From assembly GCA_021432655.1 (NCBI GenBank), contig MU271542.1:1-34206 (forward strand): a stretch of DNA of 34,206 nt. The letters run 5' to 3'. Shown piece after piece: positions 24,983 through 34,206 of this stretch. Position numbers and translations under genes: made by a program. Source of the DNA: Atractiella rhizophila (Eukaryota). The notes under the pieces were generated by a model. It made no database searches. It was given only the letters and a program-made list of their open reading frames with translations, and was not told the origin of the DNA. How positions within the stretch are numbered: position 1 is the stretch's first letter; each line of letters opens with the position of its first letter.

Positions 24983-26867
24983 TTACGCATAAGGCAAGAC
25001 TCCACGAGCATCAATCTGTCGCCTACGTCAGCACAACATCGACAACCTAAGAAGAGCAAACGAACTTTAGCAAGGTAAATCTCGTCATCAGTGAGAATGA
25101 CGAGTTGCCTCGACCCCTGTATGGCATTTCAATCAGTAGAAACATTGTCAAGGGAAGGAACGGACGGCGAAGACGATGTTGTGACTAGGCTTTCCAAGCA
25201 AGAACTTGCCCAGGAGCATTCCACGCTTGGAGAAAACGTGAACACTATATTGTCTGTCAATTACTTCTGCTCGAGGGCCTGAGGCTGAGGCTTACCCATC
25301 ACCAGCGGCGACATAGACGTTTCCCTTTGTAGTAGGTCGTCAGTGGCAGTCCAGGTCTTACAAAGGAAAACGAACTCGTGCATCGATCTTCAAACCGTTC
25401 GGATAGCCAGAGTCGATGTAGGCAAACACTCTCCTGTGATGGAAGAACTCGCCATCTTCCTCTGAGGTGACGTCATATTCATAACTGCCTGACAGTGAGC
25501 AAAGAAACATGCGACAAAAGGGGAACATACATCGTAGCGGGCAGTGTGGAAGAATGCCTTCCATTCCCGAGTTCCACGCCAGTATCTGTGCTGCAGCGGC
25601 AAATGAGACTCTAGCGTGGTGCATTGTCAGCGGAAGAAACGAACACATAAGCCTTTGTTCCATCAGCGCTGAAGGTGATACCGTTAGCTTGAACGAAACC
25701 GTCAGCAACGACATGAACCGTTCCATCAGCTGGGTTGAATCGGTAGACTTGAGATGGGAGTTGCTGAATGGATGGTATCACATAATGCTCACGAAACGGA
25801 GACATGACATACTGGATTGGGACGGTATCCGTGGCGGTATCCTGCCGAGCAATTGAATGAGGAAACTGACGTTAAACAAGAAAACGTACCATAGATTGAA
25901 TCAGTGAAGAACATGGCGTGCGAGACGGGGTGTACCTCAACATCGTTCAAGGAATTAAATTGGCGACCGTAAAAGTTGTTCAGGACAGTCTGCAATGTCG
26001 TGAGCCCACTTCCGATCCGTCACGCAAAATGGCGTACCGTTCTTCGATAAGGAGGATACGGATCCACGATGGCGAGCTCACCACCAATTTGGTTCCTTCC
26101 GTGAGCAGCGAAAAGGAGTTTGCCCTTGTAGTTGGTGCCACCAAGCGTATTCCTCAAGTCGAGCTGCCTCCACGTTTCATCTCTGATGCGAAAGGTCACA
26201 TAGAAAGGCATACGTGCAGCCGGGTCACTTTGGCAGTTCCATCCAAAGACAAATCCATGCTGAGTTTGGAAACGTATTGGAGGTTGTGATCTTGACCAGT
26301 CAAATTGTTGGTCGTGGATGCGAAGAAGATTTCGTTGGTCTGAAAAATTATTGGCACAGGTTATCTTTGAAGAAAAAGGCGAACTGACATCACGGATCCA
26401 AACTGGAGCGGAATGTGCAACTGATAGGTCACTCAGTCAACGGCTTGTGAAGTGGTTGATGATGGAGATAGAGCGCTCACAGTAGGCGTCATCAGTAATG
26501 GCGATCCTCTTCAAACTGGGTTCGCAGCCCAGGAGAGATTCAAAGCCAGGGCTATCATTCCATGCTGAGCCTCAATCATGTCACAGTGAACGAGCTAAGC
26601 TTACTGAAACACCACAATAGCAGGCGTCGCGATACTGGGATAAGGGTCGAACTGTCCTTTGCCAACAAAGTTCCAGCAAAGGACGTTATGCTTCCTCTGG
26701 TCGAAATAATGCACGATTGGTGCAATGGAGGAGGTGGTAATGTTTTCAGACGGGTCGAGGACGAACTGGGACGCCTCGGGAGACTGAAGGTGACAGGTAC
26801 CCGTCGTGGTAGGCCAAGCAAAGGCCACAAGAGGGAGAGCGAATGAGAGCAGCTTGGATTGAAGCAT
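24983..26867 (-). CDS. Secreted SMP-30/gluconolactonase/lactonohydrolase-like six-bladed beta-propeller
   Basis: Signal peptide MLQSKLLSFALPLVAFA, then AHSAPVW, GGTNYKGKLLF, LNNFYGRQFNSLNDV, FFTDSIYG, LPSQVYRFNP, VVADGFVQANGITFS, RRVFAYIDSGYPNGLKID, GNVYVAAGDG, GMLLGK, ending IYLAK|IDARGVLPYA*. Confidence 0.88.
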
Positions 26868-28143
26868 ACTGAAAGCTGAGGAGTGAGACTCTGAGCGGCA
26901 GAGGATCGTTCCACCTCTTCTTTATATACACCTCCAGGAACACCCCATTTTTATTTGGGTTTTCAGGCGCATCACGCATGCAGAGAAGCGAAGAACGAAG
27001 CTTGAAGAAGCATTGAAACAGCGGGAACCAAGAGAAAGGTCGAAATTCCATCGCAAGCTGCCTCGTCGGGGTCTCTCCAAACAACTCCGCAACCTTGCAG
27101 GATGATGGAAGCGCTAAGGAAGCTGCAAGGGAGCGGATCTGCGCAACTAGAACTGCAGCGGATGCAGGGGGAGCTGTTGGAACGTTTTACTTAAGAGGCA
27201 TAATCAAGCATAATGTTGGAAAATTTGCAGAGCCATGGTATTGCCGGTGTTCAACATGCCGAGCGAAGGGTTAGTTTGATGAAGCCCCCCGATTGCCGAT
27301 TACCCTTTCGTTCACTTCCCGGTCATTGAGCAAGCTCTGCCCAATAAAGCCCAATTGGCGTTCGCCCTCGCAAAGAGATCCTCTCACTTCACCTGGTTGG
27401 AACCAGCTCTATCTGCGGAGAAACGAAGGACGAAAATCCACCTGCCACCAGCACTCAAACCATCGCAGATACCTCGGTGCATCATGGGCTAAGTATGGCT
27501 AAGTAAAGGTTGGTTGATTCTGAGGTGGGACTCAACGCGCGATTCTGGGGTCAGCGCAGAGCAGAACTTTCGCAGATACGCTACAAAGAAGTCCGAGAAG
27601 GGATCTTCGTCTGCAATTGGTCGTGTTGCTGTTTCGGTGGTAGTGAAAGAGAAACAGGGCCAAGAAGCAGGACGTGACACATTAGGCAACGAGCCAAGGT
27701 TGGCTGACTTCATTTGTCGCTTTGCATGAATGATGTGATTTCACGACATCGAGCTGAGCTCAGGTTACTCGGTTTGCATCCTTTGCCTTGAGACAGGAGC
27801 TTGCAAATGCGATTTGTGTTTCTCCCTGCAATTAAGTGGAAGGAGAAAGAGATATATGAACCTGCATTATTAACGATGATAATACCAGAGGTGATATTGT
27901 CTCTTGAAGCTTGAACGGCAGCTCTTTCATGAGCCGTACTGAAGCAAGATGCAAAGCCTGACGCGAACTCCAATGTTTGTTCCCAGCACGACTACTTCTA
28001 CGGATAGTGATTATAATCATGTAGTCTTAAGAAAACATAAACACAATATGAGAATACGCGCCTCAACATCCCACCACCCCTCACCTTCGCTCTATTCCCA
28101 CCTCCATCGTCCAAACACCATCGCCCAATTTTGAAGCTCCAAG

Positions 28144-29696
28144 CTACATGAACACCGGCGCACCATACACCCCCATTCCCTGCGCGTACGGTGCAGGCGT
28201 CGGGACAGGTTTTCCATCCGCCCCCAAATAAAGCGGAACAGCGCCCTCCTGATCCGCGCCTTCAGAATCCTGCAAGGGCGCTGGCACATACGATGCAGGA
28301 AGGGAAGGCAGGGCAGCCGAAGTCAAAGTCGAAGTCGAAGTCGAAGGGGGATCTTGTGCGGAATGAGCGTTGGGGTACGGGAGCATGGCGGCCGGGGAGG
28401 GAGCGTAAAGTGTGCTGGCGACTGCTGATGCTGCGAGAGGAAGTGCGGACGTCGTTGCTGTTGCGGCTGAGACGGAGCCTGAGACGGCTTTGGGTTTTTT
28501 GGGTGCGGGCCCCTTTCGCTTTCCTTTCCCTTTTCCGGGACCTGTCGCGCTGGTGTTGGATGGATTGGGTTCGAGGTCGGAACCTGGATGGAAGGGGAGG
28601 GAGAGCTTGGCTTGTTCTTCGAGTGCTTTGACAGCTGCATATCGACTCGTGGGCACTGTTGAACATCGATACAGATTAGTCACACATAGTGGATAGGAGA
28701 AATGAAGAAGGGATGGTGAACGCACTTCCAGCCCAGGTCCTCACTCCGACAGCTAGCCCACTGACGCTGACCCAGCTCCGTCTCGCCCTCTCCCACTTCC
28801 GCACCGGTGGCTTCCCGACGTCCAACTCCGAGGGAAGGATGAATGTCGTGCTCACTTTTGGGGGAGCGGAAACATGAAAAGGACGTTGAATGACAGGTGG
28901 AGGGGCGGGTGGACCCGAGACTGTGCCTGCGGCTGCACCAGAAGCGGCAGAGCTGGCGCCGGGAGATGCTACTCGTCTTTGCTCTACCATTCAAACCATC
29001 ACTATTCCCTGCTTAACGGTGAATGCAGAGAGACGACGTACGGATCCTGTAGTCGGGCTCGAGCATCACGCTCGTGCTTGCGTCGTAGGGGTAGCCTTCG
29101 ATTTTCGCAGATTTGTTGTGGTTTCCCTTCAATCCTTTCCTCCAACTCTTGCCGGGTCCCACGGGATCGTAAGTGTTCGGAGCGGGAGGGTTTTTTCGCT
29201 TCTTCGACTTCGTCCCACTCCCATTTCCACCCCCGTTCCCATTCCCATTTCCAGCTGGAGGTGGAGTTGCAACGACAGTCCCATTTCCATTGCCGCTCAC
29301 CCCAACCGTCATACTCCCAACTGTAACCGGAGGAGGTGGAAGCATCTCACTTGTTGCATCAGCCTGAACGTCCATTTGTGCACTCCTACTCGTTCCAACT
29401 GCAGGAACTGTCACAGTCACAGGCGCCTGCTCAGGATGGGTTCCACCGTTCTGATTTTGTGCAGGCTGGGAGGGACCGTGAGCCTCTTCCCGCCCTTCCC
29501 TGGTGAGCCTGTGGACGAGGGCATCGACGGGGTGGATGTGATGGGACGTGGGTTGTGGTGTCGAAGGGGCCAAATTGGGAGCAGACAAGGGCACGGCCTG
29601 CGTCTGGGTGTGCGGTTCCTGTTGCGACTGAGGCAGAGGCAGAGGCTGAGGCTGGGTGTCAGCAGGAGGCAGCTTGAGCTTGAGCTTGAGGGGCAT
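28144..29696 (-). CDS. Low-complexity nuclear protein with INO80 Ies4-like motif
   Basis: MPLKLKLKL start, basic NLS-like KSKKRK, GKSWRKGLKG, and ELDVGKPPVRKWERARRSWVSVSGLAVGVRTW, which resembles the LDRxGKPxRKW..S.xG..W motif of fungal Ies4. Two introns. Confidence 0.6.
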
Positions 29697-30280
29697 GGCG
29701 CTGGGCGATCGCTGGTGGACGTGTGCTGGGTGGGTGGAGGTGGATGTCTCGCGGACGAGCGTGACGAGCGCGGTGGCGGCAGAGACTATCCATTTTCCGA
29801 AGCTGAGACGGTCAGCGTGGCAGTTTCTTTCAAACCTTGAAAATGGAATCGAACCCTTATCCTTCCACATAAGTGTCCTACTAGCCTTACACCTCAAAAT
29901 TACATAGAAATCGTCGAAAATGGCACTAGGAAACTGGCTGGATGCTCAGGAGCTGATTTAGGGTGAGTTTCGAGAAGGAATGGTGAGAGTTCAAGGGTTG
30001 GGTGGAGAAGACGGTACGCTCCACTTTCTAGCATGGGGCTATCGAGGAGGCAAGCTTGAGATGCATTTCCTGTGTAAAGGACTTTTTATCACCTGAGATG
30101 GGAGATGTTGAATGCCAGGATGGAAGCAGAGAAGGTGTTAACAAGGACGTCCAGTGTTAACTTGCATTCACATTTAAATACCTTCTTATCAGAGCACAAA
30201 TACTTGATCTCCATGCGTCCATAAAGCGTCCAGCATTCAAGTAATGAGTATTAAGGAGTTCTGAGGCAAATTCAGACTAA

Positions 30281-30290
30281 ATCACGTGAC
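30281..30290. promoter_or_regulatory. bHLH (Cbf1-type) E-box ATCACGTGAC in the divergent promoter region
   Basis: Perfect RTCACGTGAY between the divergently transcribed Ies4-like and Rpa14-like genes. A similar ATCACGTGAG lies at 17200-17209, upstream of MED8. Confidence 0.35.
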
Positions 30291-30513
30291 CTGACAACCC
30301 ATCTACCAAGAGTTTGCGAGATCCTTTCTCGGCCTTTGATTTCAGTCATCAATATAGAGTCTCTTCTTCGTTCCTTCTCTCAGTCAGGCTCAGTTTCGCT
30401 TCAGCTCTACTTTTGCACGTGCATTTGCCGATTTGCTTCCGCACAAATCCGACCACCACACCTTTGCAAAAAAATTGTGGGATTGGTGGATACAGTAAAC
30501 AACATTCACAGGA

Positions 30514-30816
30514 ATGGACTCCTTTACGCTGCAAGATGCGCCTCCCATCCACTTTCGTGTCACCTCCCAGCGGCCACTCTCCATAGACGAAGCGCGAAAA
30601 TTCTTGGAAGCCTCGATGCGGGACAGCTCGATAGAGGTGGGCGATAAGTCGATGTTTAGTAAGGTTGTGAAGGCTTTGGAGGAGGAAGGGAGGTGGAGGG
30701 AGAAACGCAAGAAAGGGCTGGGTGGCAGTGATGGTGATGGGGTTGGGGAGGGGAAGAAGCGGAAGAGGGAGGGAGAGGGAGAGAAGAAGAAGAAGAAGAG
30801 TAGGAGGGAGGAGTAG
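30514..30816 (+). CDS. Small basic protein, possibly RNA polymerase I subunit A14 (Rpa14/Ker1)-like
   Basis: Intronless 100-aa ORF. PPIHFRVTSQRPLSIDEARKFLE resembles the A14 N-terminal strand-helix, and the K/E/R-rich tail suggests nucleolar targeting. The coding call is firmer than the product call. Confidence 0.5.
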   Translation: MDSFTLQDAPPIHFRVTSQRPLSIDEARKFLEASMRDSSIEVGDKSMFSKVVKALEEEGRWREKRKKGLGGSDGDGVGEGKKRKREGEGEKKKKKSRREE

Positions 30817-31069
30817 TTGTGAGCTTTTTCTTCGTTGTTGTTGTGTGAGGGTCTGAAAGGGTGTCTTGTGTGTGAAAGGTGATTCTCTCTCATTTTGCGC
30901 ACATTTGCTGCCATGGCGTCGCTGGACATTTTGTAGATTCGACTTTCGAAGGTGAAGCGCTGGTATTTGCGTAGATTTTACTGCCCCCCTGTCTATATAT
31001 TTCCATGGGTATACACTGATTACATGGATATGCACGTATGTGGATGATACAATGAAAAGTCCATAACTG

Positions 31070-32885
31070 TCAAAAGTCCATGTCTTTCTGCTTCCCAAAC
31101 CCATCCAAGCGTTTCAGATTCTCGCGTCCTTCCTCATCTTCCAAACCAAACATCGGTCTTCCTCTAGCCCCTAGCTTGATCCGTTTAGCATGCGTTTCTT
31201 CCATCTGATTATATTTTATCCGCTGCCTCAAATTGGATACTCGCCTCAACATCCTCCGAACAAAATGCTCTTTGAATCCCTTCGCTCCGTCTCGTCGAGG
31301 TCGGAAGAGCGTATCTAGCGTCGTATTTCTCGTGGTAGAGACGATGAGCGAGAAGGAATTGTCGCCGTAGACTCGGTTGGAGAGGAGAGCGGAGATGCCC
31401 AGGACGTTGACGAGGAGCGTGGCTGCTATACTCCCTCCGTAGGACCCGAGGAGGGTCGCTTTGTTGTATTGGAACACGTTGAATGTGCCAATGTTTTGAG
31501 CTGAAGTCGTGCTGTTCGCTAACCACAGCGATAGCAAACTTGTCCTTTCAGAGAATCAGAGAAATGTTATCAGAAGGCGAATCCGACGTACGAGATGTTG
31601 AACCCTACGTCATCTAAGCCTTTTGAGACGACTTCGGGAGTTGCCCATGGTTGCGCTCGAAACCCGAGCCTGGCTGGGAGAAAGTCGATGAAGTTGCTAG
31701 CTGTCACTCTGCAAAAGAATCTCAAATATCATTAATTAGGAACAGAGAACCTCTCTTACGTGGTGCTGCTGTTGATATGTCCACTGCCTGATCCTGCTCT
31801 GTATACGTATCCCTGGACTAGATCGATGATACTATCGAAAACGGCAAGATATCCCAAGGTTCCGAGTTTCACCTCTGGATCGAAAAGATAGGACGTGTAT
31901 TCGGCCTGCAGTCGAGTGACGGTGTGACTTCCGCCTTCGTGGTGAATCAGGCTCCTGTACTTCGCAATTTGTGGAGTGCATAAGAGGGAATAGGATGGAT
32001 TGTCTGCTGTGGGATTTCCAGCGTCAGCGATCCAGGCAACCAACAAGCTTCTAGTCGTCATCCCGTTGGTGACAGTATCTGTAGCATTGCTGAAATACGT
32101 GATTCCGTATGCATATCCTACCACATCCGTTGGAAGGTTTATTATAACGTCCTCTCCATCTGGACCAGCTTCGCAGGCCATTCCCAATCCAGGATACTCC
32201 ATTTCGTATGTGCAATCCACGATGCCAGAAGAATTGGCAGGACAGGGAGATGTCCAGCTGACGATTTCTCGCGCCGAGAAAGCACGCAAAGCGAAGTTGG
32301 CCAGATTGTGTTTTGGGCCAAGATAGCTTGGAGGAGCAGTGGATGCTTCGGAGGGATAGTCGAAGAAGAAAAAGCTGTCGAAATTGCTGGCTTGGGTGGT
32401 GACGAAATAGTCTGAGTTTTGTTCGCTGTCGGGGTATAGGACGGAAGGAATGACGATAGAATCTAGTGTCGTGTTCATCATCTTCGGTTCGGTGGTCAGA
32501 GCTCCTGGTGGAAAGATGAGTCCTATCGGCACAAGCCAGCTCAGGATGGCCACGAGCAGCATCTCTAAGCTCACGGCCCTGTAGAGAGTGGGCGAGAAGA
32601 AGAGAAATGGCTGCTCTAGTATTCCGAACGAAGCGTCAATTCCCTGCTCTCTTTGATCAGCACACGACGCGCGGTGGTCTATTCCTGACCTCAATCGTTG
32701 CACTTTTCCGTCGAGAATTCAACCAAAATCTATTTTGCGTTATTTGACTTGCTTTCTAGACGAGAAATGGAGCCCCTCACCTCTGCCAAAATGCCATCGC
32801 AATGCTTCCTGCGAGCAACCATTTCACGATGCTCGAGAAGGCGTTTCCTATTGTGATTGCCCATTGCTGATCGCCTCCAAGGAAG
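31070..32885 (-). pseudogene. Fungal multi-pass membrane protein of unknown function, copy A, apparently 5'-truncated
   Basis: Spliced frame SFLGGDQQWAITIGNAFSSIVKWLLAGSIAMAFWQR|FWLNSRRKSATIE|GIDASF..ILSWLVPIGLIFPPGALT..a large Cys-containing ectodomain..YNKATLLGSYG..GISALLSN..SFSLIVSTTRN. Upstream of ~32885 the frame runs into duplicated 3' flank DNA and meets an in-frame TGA with no ATG. Confidence 0.65.
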
Positions 32886-33199
32886 CTTTTTCTTTGTCGT
32901 ATTTGTGTGAGGGGTCTGAAACGGTGCCTTGTGTGTTGAAGGTGATTCTCTCATTTTGCGCACATTTGCTGCCATGCGTCGCTGGACATTTTGTTGATTC
33001 GACTTTCGAAGGTGAAGCGCTGGTATTTGCGTAGATTTTACTGCCCCCTGTCCATATATTTACATGGGTATACACTGATTACATGAATATGCACGTATGT
33101 GGATGATACAATGAAAAGTCCATAACAGTCAAAAGTCCATTTGTCTCCTCTTCCCAAACCCATCCAAGCGTTTCAGATTCTCACGCCCTTCCTCATCTT

Positions 33200-34206
33200 C
33201 TAATCCAAAAATCGGTCTTCCTCTAGCCCTAGCTTGATCCGTTTAGCAGACGTTTCTTCCATCTGATTATATTTTATCCGCTGCCTCAAATTGGACATTC
33301 GTCTCAACGTCCTCCGAGCAAAGTGCTCTTTGAATCCCTTCGCTCCGTCTCGTCGAGGTCGGAAGAGCGTATCTAGCGTCGTATTTCTCGTGGTAGAGAC
33401 GATGAGCGAGAAGGAATTGTCGCCATAGACTCGGTTGGAGAGGAGAGCGGAGATGCCCAGGATGTTGACGAGGAGCGTGGCTGCTATACTCCCTCCGTAG
33501 GACCCGAGGAGGGTCGCTTTGTTGTATTGGAACACGTTGAATGTGCCGATGTTTTGAGCTGAAGTCGTGCTGTTCGCTAACCACAGCGATAGCAAACTTG
33601 TCCTTTCAGAGAATCAGAGAAATGTTATCAGAAGGCGAATGCGACGTACGAGATGTTGAATCCTACGTCATCTAAACCTTTTGAGACGACTTCGGGAGTT
33701 GCCCATGGTTGCGCTCGAAATCCGAGCCTGGCTGGGAGAAAGTCGATGAAGTTGCTAGCTGTCACTCTGCAAAGAATCTCAGATATCATTAATTAGGAAC
33801 AGAGAACCTCCGTTACGTGGTGCTGCTGTTAATATGTCCACTGCCTGACCCTGCTCTGTATACGTATCCCTGGACTAGATCGATGATGCTATCGAAAACG
33901 GCAAGATAGCCCAAGGTTCCGAGTTTCACTTCTGGATCGAAAAGATAGGGCGTGTATTCGGCCTGCAGTCGAGTGACGGTGTGACTTCCGCCTTCGTGGT
34001 GAATGAGGCTCCTGTACTTCGCAATTTGTGGAGTGCATACAAGGGAATAGGATGGATTGTCGGCTGTGGGATCTCCAGCGTCCGCGATCCAGGCAACCAA
34101 CAAGCTTCTAGTCGTCATTCCGTTGGTGACGGTATCTGTAGCGTTGCTGAAATACGTGATTCCGTATGCATATCCTACCACATCCGTTGGAAGGTTTATT
34201 ATAATG
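33200..34206 (-). CDS. Same membrane protein family, copy B (5' part outside the window; frameshifted C-terminus)
   Basis: Nearly identical exons and introns to copy A. A 1-bp shorter C-run (AGCCC versus AGCCCC) near 33227 shifts the frame, giving a stop at 33200 instead of ~33129. Confidence 0.75.

Larger units (their letters stand above)
30822..34206. repeat. Direct tandem segmental duplication, unit about 2.06 kb (30822-32883; second unit starts at 32884 and runs off the window)
   Basis: 32884-34206 aligns by eye to 30822-32149 throughout (3' flank, exons, introns) with scattered substitutions and small indels. Both units begin AGCTTTTTCT. Confidence 0.95.

Noticed and set aside
26950..28100. 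Larger intergenic gaps (also 16980-17640, 20300-21190, 22700-23300) checked for ncRNA or hidden genes
   Set aside because: I saw no tRNA cloverleaf, convincing snoRNA box pair, long inverted repeat or motif-bearing ORF. An Infernal/Rfam scan would be needed to exclude them.
28319..28346. Short hexamer repeats: (GTCGAA)n here, (GGGAGT)n near 7157, (CTTGAG)n near 29673
   Set aside because: They are coding microsatellites for ST, GS and LK dipeptide runs, not CRISPR or mobile-element repeats.
28890..29840. 316-aa plus-strand ORF
   Set aside because: It is antisense to the GC-rich low-complexity exon of the Ies4-like gene, so stop depletion is expected.
30349..31104. 251-aa and 179-aa minus-strand ORFs with Leu/Phe/Ser runs resembling a TM segment
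   Set aside because: They are the reverse complement of the purine-rich K/E tail of the 30514-30816 gene, and the duplicated flank copy has frame-breaking indels.
30822..34206. Duplication as LTRs/transposon or as a RIP target
   Set aside because: The unit contains a spliced host gene with no transposase, RT or terminal repeats, and differences include transversions with no obvious one-way C-to-T bias by eye.

Overview
Gene-dense, intron-rich eukaryotic DNA, most consistent with a basidiomycete fungus (short ~45-70 nt GT-AG introns; the PAL type suggests Pucciniomycotina, which is inference). I reconstructed about 16 spliced genes by hand. In order: PRPP synthetase, MIO-dependent phenylalanine/tyrosine ammonia-lyase, CWC15, NAB2-like CCCH protein, RCC2-like RCC1-repeat/PHD protein, GH26-like secreted hydrolase, bacterial-looking Zn-dependent dehydrogenase, MED8, membrane J-domain protein, two divergent tandem AGC-like kinases, a secreted SMP-30/lactonase-like beta-propeller, an Ies4-like protein, a small Rpa14-like protein, and a ~2.06 kb tandem duplication of a fungal membrane-protein gene. 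I found no RNA genes, CRISPR arrays or transposons. I cannot support a coherent novel multi-gene system. The best leads are single-gene oddities: a lactonase-fold protein missing its metal ligands, a DWD-for-DFG kinase, a possible HGT-derived dehydrogenase with repeat-flanked introns, the PAL catalytic Tyr on a skippable 21-nt microexon, and a duplication whose two copies are damaged at opposite ends. All exon boundaries and family calls come from motif reading, not from searches.
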